A stretch of 64,000 bases of DNA from Escherichia phage AV109, in sequence record OR352939.1; one strand, written 5' to 3'. Both the position numbers and the translations under genes were made by a program. Below are positions 42,954-51,861 of this stretch, in pieces. Position 1 is the stretch's first letter; the number at the start of each line of letters is the position of its first letter. The notes below the pieces were generated by a model. The model was not told the DNA's origin and did not search any database. It worked only from the letters and a program-made list of their open reading frames with translations.

Positions 42954-43629
42954 ACGCAAAAGATACATAAAAACGAATAGCTTCCAATGCATTGATGACA
43001 TGCAAACAAAGATAAAGAGATTTCATTAGGTCTCGTTTAGCTTCGGTCTCTTGTTTAATAGCTCGGTTTAAACGAAGGTCGGCATCAGGAGATTCTTTAG
43101 CTTGTTCTACAAATTCTTTAGCATTTTCCCAATTACGAGTCTTGACTAGAACATCATCATAATATTTACCTATTGATTCAGCTCGTTTCATGATTGCTTC
43201 GTCTAATACAATCTCATCAAATACTTTGGATGGATCGGTATAAAGATTTCGCATAATATGAGTATACGAACGAGAGTGAATAGTTTCACTGAATGTCCAT
43301 GTTGCAACCCACGTATCTAATGAAGGGTCGGAAAGCAGTGCCATAAGTACCGCAGATGGGGCCCTGCCTTGGATAGAATCTAATAATGATTGATACTTAA
43401 GGTTGTTTGTAAAGATGTCCTGTTGGAACTGAGGAAGCTTATTGAACTGGGCCGAATCCAGCATCAGGTTTACTTCTTCTGGTCGCCAGAAAAACGACAA
43501 TTGCTTTTCAATAAGTTCTTCAAAAACTTTATGTCGCTGAATATCATAACGTGCGAGGCCAAGACCAGAACCAAAGAACATTGGTTCATTCAAAACATCG
43601 ACTTGTTGTGTGTTAAAAACTGTACTCAT
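42954..43629 (-). CDS. nrdB: ribonucleotide reductase small subunit NrdB, exon 1
   Basis: 225 codons of NrdB-like sequence ending ..RFYVSFA before the intron. Confidence 0.9.
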
Positions 43630-43684
43630 TATATTTTCTCACTTAGTTATTAACTCATCCATGAGTAAATTATAATCAAAAGTC

Positions 43685-45949
43685 TTAAAGCTTACAAGCA
43701 GAACAATCTTCAGCTTTAGGTGTTTCTAATTCATAGTCATCTGTACCTGACCCATCACGAGTGTTATGATAGTAGAGGTTTTTTCCGCCAAAGTACCAGA
43801 AGTAAAGCAGATCGTCAAGCATTACTGACATTGGCACTTTACCTTTCTCAAATACTGCAGGGTCATAGTAAGTATTAGCAGAAGCAGATTGGCACACCCA
43901 TTTCAACATGATAGCAACTTGGGTCAAATAAGGTTTATTACCTTTCTTAGCAAGTTTCCACGCGTAGTCGTAAAGACTCATGTTATGTTCTATATTAGGA
44001 ACAACCTGTCGGAAGTTGCCTTCTTTAGATTCTTTAATACTTACAGGTCCACGAGGTGGTTCTATACCATTTGTGCTATTTGAGACTTGACTGCTTGACT
44101 CACAAGGCATGAGTGCAGACAACGTTGAGTTACGAATTCCATGTTCTTTGAGTTCAGCTCGAAGTTCTTCCCAGTCACAGACATAGTTCGGGGCTGCGAT
44201 TTGGTCAATCTTTTTATTGTACCAGTCGATAGGTAATTCGCCTCTAGACCATTTAGTGTCTGAATAATACTCACAAGGTCCTTTTTCTTTGGCGAGTTTG
44301 ATTGATGCTTTGATAAGGCCATATTGCAATCTCTCGAACAATTCATGGGTCAAATCGTTAGCGTCTTCATATGAAGCAAAGTTAGAAGCTAACCATGCAG
44401 CATAGTTCGTCACACCAACACCGAGATTTCGACGCTTTTTAGCTTTTAAAGCTTCTGGAACCGGATAATCTTGATAGTCTAACAGGTTATCAAGTGCACG
44501 TACTTGTACTTCAGCAAGTTCATTAATTTTATCTTGGTCTTGCCAATCAAATTTATCTAATACAAAAGCAGATAATGTGCATAAACCAATTTCAGCATCA
44601 GGACCATTCACATCATTAGTTGGAATAGCGATTTCACAACATAAGTTACTCTGACGAATTGGAGCTTTTTCACGAATAAACGGAGTGTAGTTATTCGTGT
44701 TATCAACAAACTGTGGATAAATTCGAGCAGTGCCAGAACGTTCAGTCATGAACAATTCAAAGAGTTCTAGTGCTTTGATTCTTTTCTTTCTGATTGTTGG
44801 GTCTTTTTCAGCTTTCTCATAAAGCTCACGGAATTTATCTTGATCTTCAAAGAACGAGTAGTATAGTTCACCTGACATTTCGTGAGGGCTAAATAAAGTA
44901 ATATAATCATTTTTACCAAGGCGTTCCATCATAAGGTCATTAATCTGAATTCCGTAGTCCATATGTCGAATACGGTTTTCATCCACGCCTTTGTTATTTT
45001 TCAGAACTAATAGGTTCTCTACTTCTAAGTGCCACATCGGATAATACGCTGTAGCAGCACCACCACGAATACCACCTTGAGAACAAGATTTTACTGCAGT
45101 TTGGAAATGTTTCCAGAATGGAATAACACCCGTATGTCGGACTTCACCCATACCGATCTTAGAACCTTCTGCACGAAGCATACCAACGTTGATACCGATA
45201 CCAGCTCGTTTAGAAATATATTCAATAATTGATGCTGAAGTTTTGTTAATAGATTTTAACGAATCACCGGCTTCAATAACTACACAACTAGAGAACTGGC
45301 GAGTCGGAGTGCGAGCACCTGCCATAATTGGAGTAGGCAATGAAACTTGATGAGTAGAAACGGCATCATAAAAACGAATAATATGTTTCAAACGGTCATG
45401 AGTTTCGTCTTGATGTAAGGCCATACCAATAGCCATGATAGCAAACTGTGGAGTTTCATAAATCTTCCCAGTTGTTTTATCTTTAACCAAGTATTTTTCT
45501 TTAAGCTGCATAGCACCAGCATAAGTCAGGTCAAAGTCTCGTTCATGTTTAATCTGTGAATCGAGATAAATGATTTCTTCTGCTGAATATTTAGACAACA
45601 ACTCAGGGTCATATTTGCCTTCATTAACACAGTAAGAAATATGGTCGATAAAAGCAGGCGGTTCAAACTGCCCATATACATCTTTACGAAGTGCAAACAT
45701 TAGCCCTTTGGCGGCGACATACTGATAATCGGGTTCTTCGACAGAAATCAAGTTAGCTGCAACTTTAATACAAATCTTCTGAATATCTTTGGTGCTCATC
45801 CCATCAACCAGATGAGTCTTAATTTCTTCATACAATTCGTATGGGTCGATTTGTGTTCCTTCACACTGCCAAGTTAATACTTGAATAATTTTCTGTGCAT
45901 CAAAATTTTGGGATACACCTGAATTTTTCACTACTTTAAAATTATACAT
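43685..45949 (-). CDS. nrdA: ribonucleotide reductase large subunit NrdA
   Basis: 754 aa, same length as T4 NrdA; near-identical to recalled T4 sequence over long stretches. Confidence 0.97.
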   Translation of the reverse strand: MYNFKVVKNSGVSQNFDAQKIIQVLTWQCEGTQIDPYELYEEIKTHLVDGMSTKDIQKICIKVAANLISVEEPDYQYVAAKGLMFALRKDVYGQFEPPAFIDHISYCVNEGKYDPELLSKYSAEEIIYLDSQIKHERDFDLTYAGAMQLKEKYLVKDKTTGKIYETPQFAIMAIGMALHQDETHDRLKHIIRFYDAVSTHQVSLPTPIMAGARTPTRQFSSCVVIEAGDSLKSINKTSASIIEYISKRAGIGINVGMLRAEGSKIGMGEVRHTGVIPFWKHFQTAVKSCSQGGIRGGAATAYYPMWHLEVENLLVLKNNKGVDENRIRHMDYGIQINDLMMERLGKNDYITLFSPHEMSGELYYSFFEDQDKFRELYEKAEKDPTIRKKRIKALELFELFMTERSGTARIYPQFVDNTNNYTPFIREKAPIRQSNLCCEIAIPTNDVNGPDAEIGLCTLSAFVLDKFDWQDQDKINELAEVQVRALDNLLDYQDYPVPEALKAKKRRNLGVGVTNYAAWLASNFASYEDANDLTHELFERLQYGLIKASIKLAKEKGPCEYYSDTKWSRGELPIDWYNKKIDQIAAPNYVCDWEELRAELKEHGIRNSTLSALMPCESSSQVSNSTNGIEPPRGPVSIKESKEGNFRQVVPNIEHNMSLYDYAWKLAKKGNKPYLTQVAIMLKWVCQSASANTYYDPAVFEKGKVPMSVMLDDLLYFWYFGGKNLYYHNTRDGSGTDDYELETPKAEDCSACKL

Positions 45950-46577
45950 AATAATTCCATGTTGGATAATTTGATGATTTTAGACGGCGTCTAACCGTTT
46001 GGGTGCTCATAGATAAAATTATTGACGCTTCATTTAATGTATCATATATTACGTCGTTTATAATTACTTTCTTTGCAAATGGATTCTTAGCTCCTATCAT
46101 AGCGTTAGAAATAGCTTGCTTAGTTGATTCTTTTAATGGGACTCCTTTAGAAATTTTTGTTTTAATTTTTATATTGTATTGTCCGCGTTTTTTACCTAAT
46201 AAAGAATTTCGTATCTTTTCTTTAGTCTCTTCAGATTTAACATGTCCTAGTTTGGAACGAGATATTTTATCTTTTGTTTTTTGGTCTAATTTTCGCCCTT
46301 TAAGCAAATCAACCATTTTTGCTCTAGCCCATCCAAATTCTTTATTATTTCTAGAACTCATTAAATTAACCGCGGTTGCTAAACCTAAATTGTTCGGATA
46401 TATTTTTAATAAAAGAAGATGAGCCAAATAATGTTCTGAATATGTTAATTTAACTAGATTGTATGACTCATTGGTGCCACCTAAACATTTTGGGATTATA
46501 TGATGCCATTCACCATCGATATCTTCAAAATTTCTTTCTTTATTTACTAAGTTTTTATATATTTTTAAATAATCCAT
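45942..46577 (-). CDS. free-standing HNH homing endonuclease with NUMOD-like repeats
   Basis: HNH motif EWHHIIPK...NLVKLTYSEHYLAH; repeated ETKEKIR/STKQAIS motifs; track start 46589 is a GTG, ATG at 46577; overlaps nrdA start by 8 nt. Confidence 0.8.
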   Translation of the reverse strand: MDYLKIYKNLVNKERNFEDIDGEWHHIIPKCLGGTNESYNLVKLTYSEHYLAHLLLLKIYPNNLGLATAVNLMSSRNNKEFGWARAKMVDLLKGRKLDQKTKDKISRSKLGHVKSEETKEKIRNSLLGKKRGQYNIKIKTKISKGVPLKESTKQAISNAMIGAKNPFAKKVIINDVIYDTLNEASIILSMSTQTVRRRLKSSNYPTWNYYV

Positions 46578-46653
46578 AGTATAATCCACTTTGTAGTATC
46601 AACGGGATAGTATTTATCCCGTTAATTTTATTATACACTTTTAAACTGAAGCG

Positions 46654-46908
46654 TTAATTATCCTCAGCAATAATTTCTTCGTATTCTTTAGGTGTCAAGA
46701 CCGTGATATTGAAATAAACCAACGGTTCTTTTTCCACACCGTAACCACCACAGAATTCACGATATTCATAAATTCGTTCATGTGAATAACAAATGAATCG
46801 TTCACCTTTAACTATGATTTCACTATTCGGTGAAGGGATATCTAGTTCGGTAGGATTTTTCATTTCAAAAATTGTGGTGCCATATGAATTAATAAAACGT
46901 AAAATCAT
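46654..46908 (-). CDS. hypothetical protein (nrdA.1-like position)
   Basis: 84-aa ORF between td exon 2 and the HNH gene. Confidence 0.5.
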   Translation of the reverse strand: MILRFINSYGTTIFEMKNPTELDIPSPNSEIIVKGERFICYSHERIYEYREFCGGYGVEKEPLVYFNITVLTPKEYEEIIAEDN

Positions 46909-46909
46909 T

Positions 46910-47221
46910 TTATACCGCCATTTTAGCTTTGATAGCTGGATGTGATTCGTAATTTTTAAGAACGAAATCAGAATGTGTCATCGTTCCGGTAACCCAGTCC
47001 ATTTGGATTTTTGTAGGCCAATTCTCAAAATTACTAGGCCAATTAATTTCAAGAGAACATAACTCTTTAGGTTCACGACGAAGAACTTCTTTGCATTGTT
47101 CTACATGATTGCTGTAGATATGCGTGTTGCCGCCTGAGAACACTAAATCACCTGGGATAAGGTTACACATCTTCGCTACAATATGTGTCAAGGCAGCGTA
47201 CGAGGCGATGTTGAACGGTAG
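46910..47221 (-). CDS. td: thymidylate synthase, exon 2
   Basis: LPFNIASYAAL.. continues the ThyA sequence; 3' splice site ..AUAAUG|CUA as in T4 td. Confidence 0.92.
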   Translation of the reverse strand, partial: LPFNIASYAALTHIVAKMCNLIPGDLVFSGGNTHIYSNHVEQCKEVLRREPKELCSLEINWPSNFENWPTKIQMDWVTGTMTHSDFVLKNYESHPAIKAKMAV

Positions 47222-48237
47222 CATTATGTTCAGATAAGGTCGTTAATCTTATCCCGGAATTATATCCAGCTGCATGTCACCATGCAGAGCAGACTATATC
47301 TCCAACTTGTTAAAGCAAGTTGTCTATCGTTTCGAGTCACTTGACCCTACTCCCTAAAGGGATAGTCGTTAGGCATTTATGTAGAACCAATTCCACTTAT
47401 CAGATTTTACACGGTAAGTAACTAATCCTGATGAAATTTCAAAATGTCTAGCCGCATCGGCTGCACATTCAAAAATAATCCCATCGCATGAAATCTTTTT
47501 GATGTTAGCTGGCTTTTTGCCTTTCATCTTTTCAGATAGTTTAGTTTTAGTTTTTTCTGAATGTTTGTGATTAAAGAACGGGTTATTTTCACCTGAACGT
47601 TTTCGGCACTTTCCACAAGTATCGGCCGAAGATGGTATGCGAACACCGCATTTACAAAACTTGTGGTTTTCTGGATTCCATCGGCCATTTTTACTTCCGT
47701 GTTTACCATAAAGAGCTTTCCGACCATCAGGACCAAGCTTAAGCATCTTAGCTTTAACAGTTTCAGCTCGTTTCTTAGCAATTTCTTCTTTTAATGGATG
47801 ATTTGAAAGCACATCGCCAAAAGACGCATCAGCAATATTATATCCATTAATTTTAGAATTTAGCTCTTTAATCCAAAAATTTTCTCGTTCAATAATCAAA
47901 TCTTTCTCATATGGAATTTCTTCCAGTATAGAGCATTCAAAAACATTACCATGTTTATTAAAAGACCTTTGAAATTTTATAGAAGAGTGAACACCGTTTT
48001 CAAGGTCTTTAAAATGTCTCTTCCATCTTTTCTCAAAATCTTTAGCACTTCCAACATACACTTTACCGTTTAAAGTGTTTTTAATCTGATAAATTCCGCT
48101 TTTCATAAACACCTCTTTTTATATAGAAGTATTTATTAAAGGGTAGTCCTACAATTTAGCACGGGATTGTCTACTAGAGAGGTCCCCCGTTTAGATAGAT
48201 TACAAGTATAAGTCACCTTATACCTAGGCCTAAATTA
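47222..48237 (-). mobile_element. group I intron in td (1016 nt) carrying I-TevI
   Basis: 5' end UAAUUUAGGCCUAGGUAUAAGGUGACUUAUACUUGUAAUCUAUCUAAACGGGG matches the recalled T4 td intron; length 1016 as in T4. Confidence 0.92.
47369..48106 (-). CDS. I-TevI: GIY-YIG homing endonuclease I-TevI (intron-encoded)
   Basis: 245 aa from the ATG at 48106 (track starts at an upstream GTG); near-identical to recalled T4 I-TevI. Confidence 0.93.
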   Translation of the reverse strand: MKSGIYQIKNTLNGKVYVGSAKDFEKRWKRHFKDLENGVHSSIKFQRSFNKHGNVFECSILEEIPYEKDLIIERENFWIKELNSKINGYNIADASFGDVLSNHPLKEEIAKKRAETVKAKMLKLGPDGRKALYGKHGSKNGRWNPENHKFCKCGVRIPSSADTCGKCRKRSGENNPFFNHKHSEKTKTKLSEKMKGKKPANIKKISCDGIIFECAADAARHFEISSGLVTYRVKSDKWNWFYINA

Positions 48238-48786
48238 ACCTAAGAAAACATCTACACTGCGTTGATACCATTGTAAATCAAGATGTCCATTACGCACATT
48301 AAATTGATAGAACATATGACAAGGAGGAAGAGCCATTTGATTTATTTCAGCCGGATTCCAGGCAGAAACAATTTGACGACGATCAGTTGGTAATTTTTTA
48401 ATACGGTCGATTGTTTCAACTAATTGGTCTACACCACCAAAATCACGCCATTGCTTACCATAAATAGGACCAAGTTCGCCGCTATGATATCCAAGGTCTT
48501 TTGCCTGATTTTCATAGTTGTCGTCCCAAATAGTTTTACCTTGAATAAGACTACCATGAGTACGAATACGCAAATCATTAACATTTGTAGAGCCAGACAT
48601 GAACCATAATAGCTCAGCAATACAAGCTTTCCATGCAAGCTTCTTGGTTGTTACTGCAGGAAATCCTTTAGTCAGATCCCATCGCAATTTAGTTCCGAAC
48701 AGGGCAATAGTGCCGGTACCTGTACGGTCGTCTGTTTCGTAGCCATTTTCTAGGATATCATTAATCAGGTATTGGTATTGTTTCAT
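48238..48786 (-). CDS. td: thymidylate synthase, exon 1
   Basis: 183 codons ending ..QRSVDVFLG immediately before the intron UAA. Confidence 0.93.
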
Positions 48787-49370
48787 TTATATACGCTCTC
48801 AGTAATTTCGGTGAGTTCATCGATTCTGTAGTAATGAGATTCTACCATAGAACGTTGAAGCATAATATCTTGAATGAAATCTTTATCAAGTTGAACGTCT
48901 GAATTAACACGACATTTCTTAATGATTTTAGTCATCACGATTTCATCAGCATAAGGCAATGCTTGTTTCAATAAAGCAGGGCCACCAATAACAGATACAT
49001 CAACATGTTCAGTAGAAAGTTTAAATGGTACGTCAGTTGCAGTGCTAAACAGGTTAATTTCACCACCCATTACCAAGGTAATAAATTCAGATTGGGTGAT
49101 ATAGAAACGCGCAAGTTCGTTGGTTTTGGTCCTAGGCAGTTCTCTGGCCATATCAGTGACAACCACATGAGTACGATCCTGGAGTAGACGAGGTAATGAT
49201 GCAAAAGTCTTAGCACCCATAACCATTACAGTGTTTTTAGTGCGAGCAACAAAGTTACTCATATCTTGTTTGATATGCTTCCATGGAAGTCCATCACCTA
49301 ATCCAAAAGCATATTCCAGTTTATCATCAACTGTTTTAGTCGGAGCGCATGCGAATACTAATTTAAGCAT
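48783..49370 (-). CDS. frd: dihydrofolate reductase
   Basis: 195 aa; matches recalled T4 Frd (GLGDGLPW, VSVIGGPALL, LPYADE); ATGA overlap with td. Confidence 0.93.
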   Translation of the reverse strand: MLKLVFACAPTKTVDDKLEYAFGLGDGLPWKHIKQDMSNFVARTKNTVMVMGAKTFASLPRLLQDRTHVVVTDMARELPRTKTNELARFYITQSEFITLVMGGEINLFSTATDVPFKLSTEHVDVSVIGGPALLKQALPYADEIVMTKIIKKCRVNSDVQLDKDFIQDIMLQRSMVESHYYRIDELTEITESVYK

Positions 49371-49373
49371 TTT

Positions 49374-49622
49374 TTATTTCCTCAGATTTTTCTTAACAAC
49401 TTTCCAATCAGCTTTAAACGATTCAACATCAGAGTGGTGAATCCAGAATCCTGCACTTTCACCATCTTCGTAGAGTGGACATCCATCGCATTCTTCGTTC
49501 CAACCCATTTCACGTAAAGCTTCTTCAGCTTGTTCAAGGAGTTCAGCGTCTTTACCAACGATGTTGAAGTACCATTTACCTCTAACTTCAGAATCTTTGA
49601 TGCTCTGGCGTTGCAATCTCAT
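49374..49622 (-). CDS. hypothetical protein (frd.1-like position), 82 aa from ATG
   Basis: track ORF starts at a GTG at 49685; the ATG at 49622 is preceded by GAAGGAG. Confidence 0.5.
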   Translation of the reverse strand: MRLQRQSIKDSEVRGKWYFNIVGKDAELLEQAEEALREMGWNEECDGCPLYEDGESAGFWIHHSDVESFKADWKVVKKNLRK

Positions 49623-49684
49623 TTTATTCTCCTTCACTTTTGATTTGATAGGGCTACTATAACATAACCCTATCTGATTATACA

Positions 49685-50077
49685 CTACTTTTTAAAAGTT
49701 TTTTGCAAAAGTTTGATGATTTCGTCGACGTTGGTTTCATCTACGATACAATGGATTTTTGTTACACCTAAAGTTATACCTTCGTTAGTAGGTTGAGGCT
49801 TTACTAAATCTACTTCAATAAAGTATTTGAACTCGTCAGGATAAATCTCGAAATAAGTTTCAATTTCACCACCGGCAGAACATACAGTACCGTCTTCCAT
49901 AGTTACACTTACTACGTTTGACGTATCGCTATCATAATCAGGTTCCATTCCGTTTACAACAAAACTAGGCCCATGGAGTTCAATCAATTTTAACATCTTA
50001 GCGTTATTGTGTGGTGCTTCTTGAACAAAGTCGTCTTTAAATAAAGGGTTAATGATATAAGATTTTCCGATTTCCAT
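49685..50077 (-). CDS. hypothetical protein (frd.2-like position)
   Basis: 130-aa ORF behind an early promoter and conserved leader. Confidence 0.55.
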   Translation of the reverse strand: MEIGKSYIINPLFKDDFVQEAPHNNAKMLKLIELHGPSFVVNGMEPDYDSDTSNVVSVTMEDGTVCSAGGEIETYFEIYPDEFKYFIEVDLVKPQPTNEGITLGVTKIHCIVDETNVDEIIKLLQKTFKK

Positions 50078-50106
50078 TTTGATTTCCTCATGTTGTTGAT
50101 AGGTCT

Positions 50107-50135
50107 ATACTAACACATCCAGGGAAGAAGTAAAC
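50107..50135 (-). promoter_or_regulatory. T4-type early promoter (-35 GTTTAC, 17-nt spacer, extended -10 TGnTAGTAT)
   Basis: repeat-family promoter downstream of the gene 32 terminator. Confidence 0.55.
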
Positions 50136-50166
50136 AACTTTTTCAGCAATTTACAGATACTCAAAA

Positions 50167-50184
50167 GGGAGACCGAAGTCTCCC
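50167..50184 (-). terminator. terminator hairpin GGGAGAC-CGAA-GTCTCCC after gene 32
   Basis: perfect 7-bp stem, UUCG loop in the mRNA, U4 downstream. Confidence 0.55.
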
Positions 50185-50190
50185 AATTTA

Positions 50191-51090
50191 TTATAGACCA
50201 GCTAACAGGTCATCGAGGTCGCCATCGTCAGAAGACGAGGAACTCATGAAGTCATCTTCAGTTTTTGCAGAACTAAAGGCTTCCATGTCTTTATCAAAAT
50301 CGTCAAGGTCAGAAGCAACTTTATCTGCAACAGAAGCTGCTGCGGCTGCTGCACCACCAAGAGCGGCAGTACCAAGAACTTGATTAAATTTAGTATTCAA
50401 TTCTTCAAACGATTTGAACTTATCTTTAGAAGTCATTTCAGAAAGGTCGACCATTTGTTCGAACAATTCTTTCTGGAAAGATTCATCATCAATGTTTGGA
50501 ATCGCAGATTGATTCAGGAATTTAGATTCGTCGTAGTTACTGAAACCAGAAACCTGTTTAACTTTCAGCACGAAGTTAGCACCTTCCCATGGGCAAGTTA
50601 CATCAACAGGAGTTTCACCCATTTCAGTATCGACTGCAATCATTGCATTGATTTTGTCCCAAATCTTTTTACCGAAACGATATTTGAATACTTTACCTTC
50701 ATTATCTGGAGCTTGAGGGTCTTTAACAACCAGAATATTAGCCCAATAAGAAGTTTTACGTTTCAGTTGAGAATATTCAGTTTTGTTGGTATTGTACAGG
50801 TCATTTTTACTAATGTACTGACATACAGGACAAGAGTCATAATCACCGTGTGTAGATGAACAGGTTTCAATATACCATTTGCCATTTTTCTTGAACCCGT
50901 GGTTAACAAGAATTGCAAACGGAAGTGCGTCATCTGTTTTTGCCGGCAGGAAACGAATTACCGCTTGGCCATTACCGGATGCGTCGAGTTTCAGCTTCCA
51001 TTCACCTTTATCTTCTGAAGAGAAACCTTTGTTACCATTCAGTTTAGCCATCTGAGCTGCGAGGTCTGCGGTACTTTTACGTTTAAACAT
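50191..51090 (-). CDS. 32: single-stranded DNA-binding protein (T4 gp32-like)
   Basis: 299 aa; near-identical to recalled T4 gp32, including the acidic Ser/Asp-rich C-terminus. Confidence 0.97.
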   Translation of the reverse strand: MFKRKSTADLAAQMAKLNGNKGFSSEDKGEWKLKLDASGNGQAVIRFLPAKTDDALPFAILVNHGFKKNGKWYIETCSSTHGDYDSCPVCQYISKNDLYNTNKTEYSQLKRKTSYWANILVVKDPQAPDNEGKVFKYRFGKKIWDKINAMIAVDTEMGETPVDVTCPWEGANFVLKVKQVSGFSNYDESKFLNQSAIPNIDDESFQKELFEQMVDLSEMTSKDKFKSFEELNTKFNQVLGTAALGGAAAAAASVADKVASDLDDFDKDMEAFSSAKTEDDFMSSSSSDDGDLDDLLAGL

Positions 51091-51160
51091 TTTATTTGCC
51101 TTTATTTAGATTATTAATTAAATTTTACAGTTGGTTGCTACGACACTTATACCTCGTAGC
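51091..51160 (-). promoter_or_regulatory. gene 32 5' leader: AU-rich UUAAA-repeat region plus upstream hairpin (autogenous translational operator)
   Basis: minus-strand leader AAUUUAAUUAAUAAUCUAAAUAAA before the ATG and a 7-bp hairpin GCUACGA..UCGUAGC further upstream. Confidence 0.5.
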
Positions 51161-51170
51161 TGGTATGATT

Positions 51171-51178
51171 TATTTATA
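51171..51178 (-). promoter_or_regulatory. candidate T4-type late promoter (TATAAATA on minus strand) for gene 32
   Basis: plus-strand TATTTATA about 80 nt upstream of the gene 32 ATG. Confidence 0.45.
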
Positions 51179-51207
51179 AAGTAATTTTAACACACAAGAA
51201 ATAAAGC

Positions 51208-51861
51208 TTAATACTTACATGATTTGATTGTTTCTATGAACAATTTCTTAGCAGCATTTCTATCGATTTGAAGTATTTTTCGATATGCCTTTAATTTGGT
51301 AGAATAATTTTGCCAGACTAAGTTATCGGTGAGTTCGTCGTGCTTATCTATAATATTCAAAAATGAGTCCAACAATAAGAAAGTCTCAAATGAAATTATA
51401 TTGCTTTGTAGCAATTTGAATATGTAGCTCGACTGAACGTTGCTATTATAATCAAATATCTCTTGAAGCGCACTAACTTCAACTTTCTTACTGAAATAGT
51501 AGATGTTACGTACGTCTTCAGCAAACGACTCTTTAGCTTGTTTGAGACGTCCAATATATTCCCTATAGAAAACTAATGCATCAGCGTCTGATATCTCACC
51601 AATCCATGCGTCTTGGTTAGCAACTAAGTTGCTTATGAATATCAAGGTGAGTTCCTTCAATTTATATTTCTCTGCTAGTTTTTCAAAGAAATATTTATCT
51701 CGGCGTTTTTGATACGCATTATCCGAAACACGCATGCACCAGTTATATTTGATTACGTCATACCGACCACCAAAGTGGTTTTTGCACATCAAGTATAGTT
51801 TATATACTGATTTTCCATTAATATAACGTTCTCCGTCAGGAGGCATGCGTATTTTAATCAT
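51208..51861 (-). CDS. 59: helicase loader (T4 gp59-like)
   Basis: 217 aa; near-identical to recalled T4 gp59. Confidence 0.95.
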   Translation of the reverse strand: MIKIRMPPDGERYINGKSVYKLYLMCKNHFGGRYDVIKYNWCMRVSDNAYQKRRDKYFFEKLAEKYKLKELTLIFISNLVANQDAWIGEISDADALVFYREYIGRLKQAKESFAEDVRNIYYFSKKVEVSALQEIFDYNSNVQSSYIFKLLQSNIISFETFLLLDSFLNIIDKHDELTDNLVWQNYSTKLKAYRKILQIDRNAAKKLFIETIKSCKY

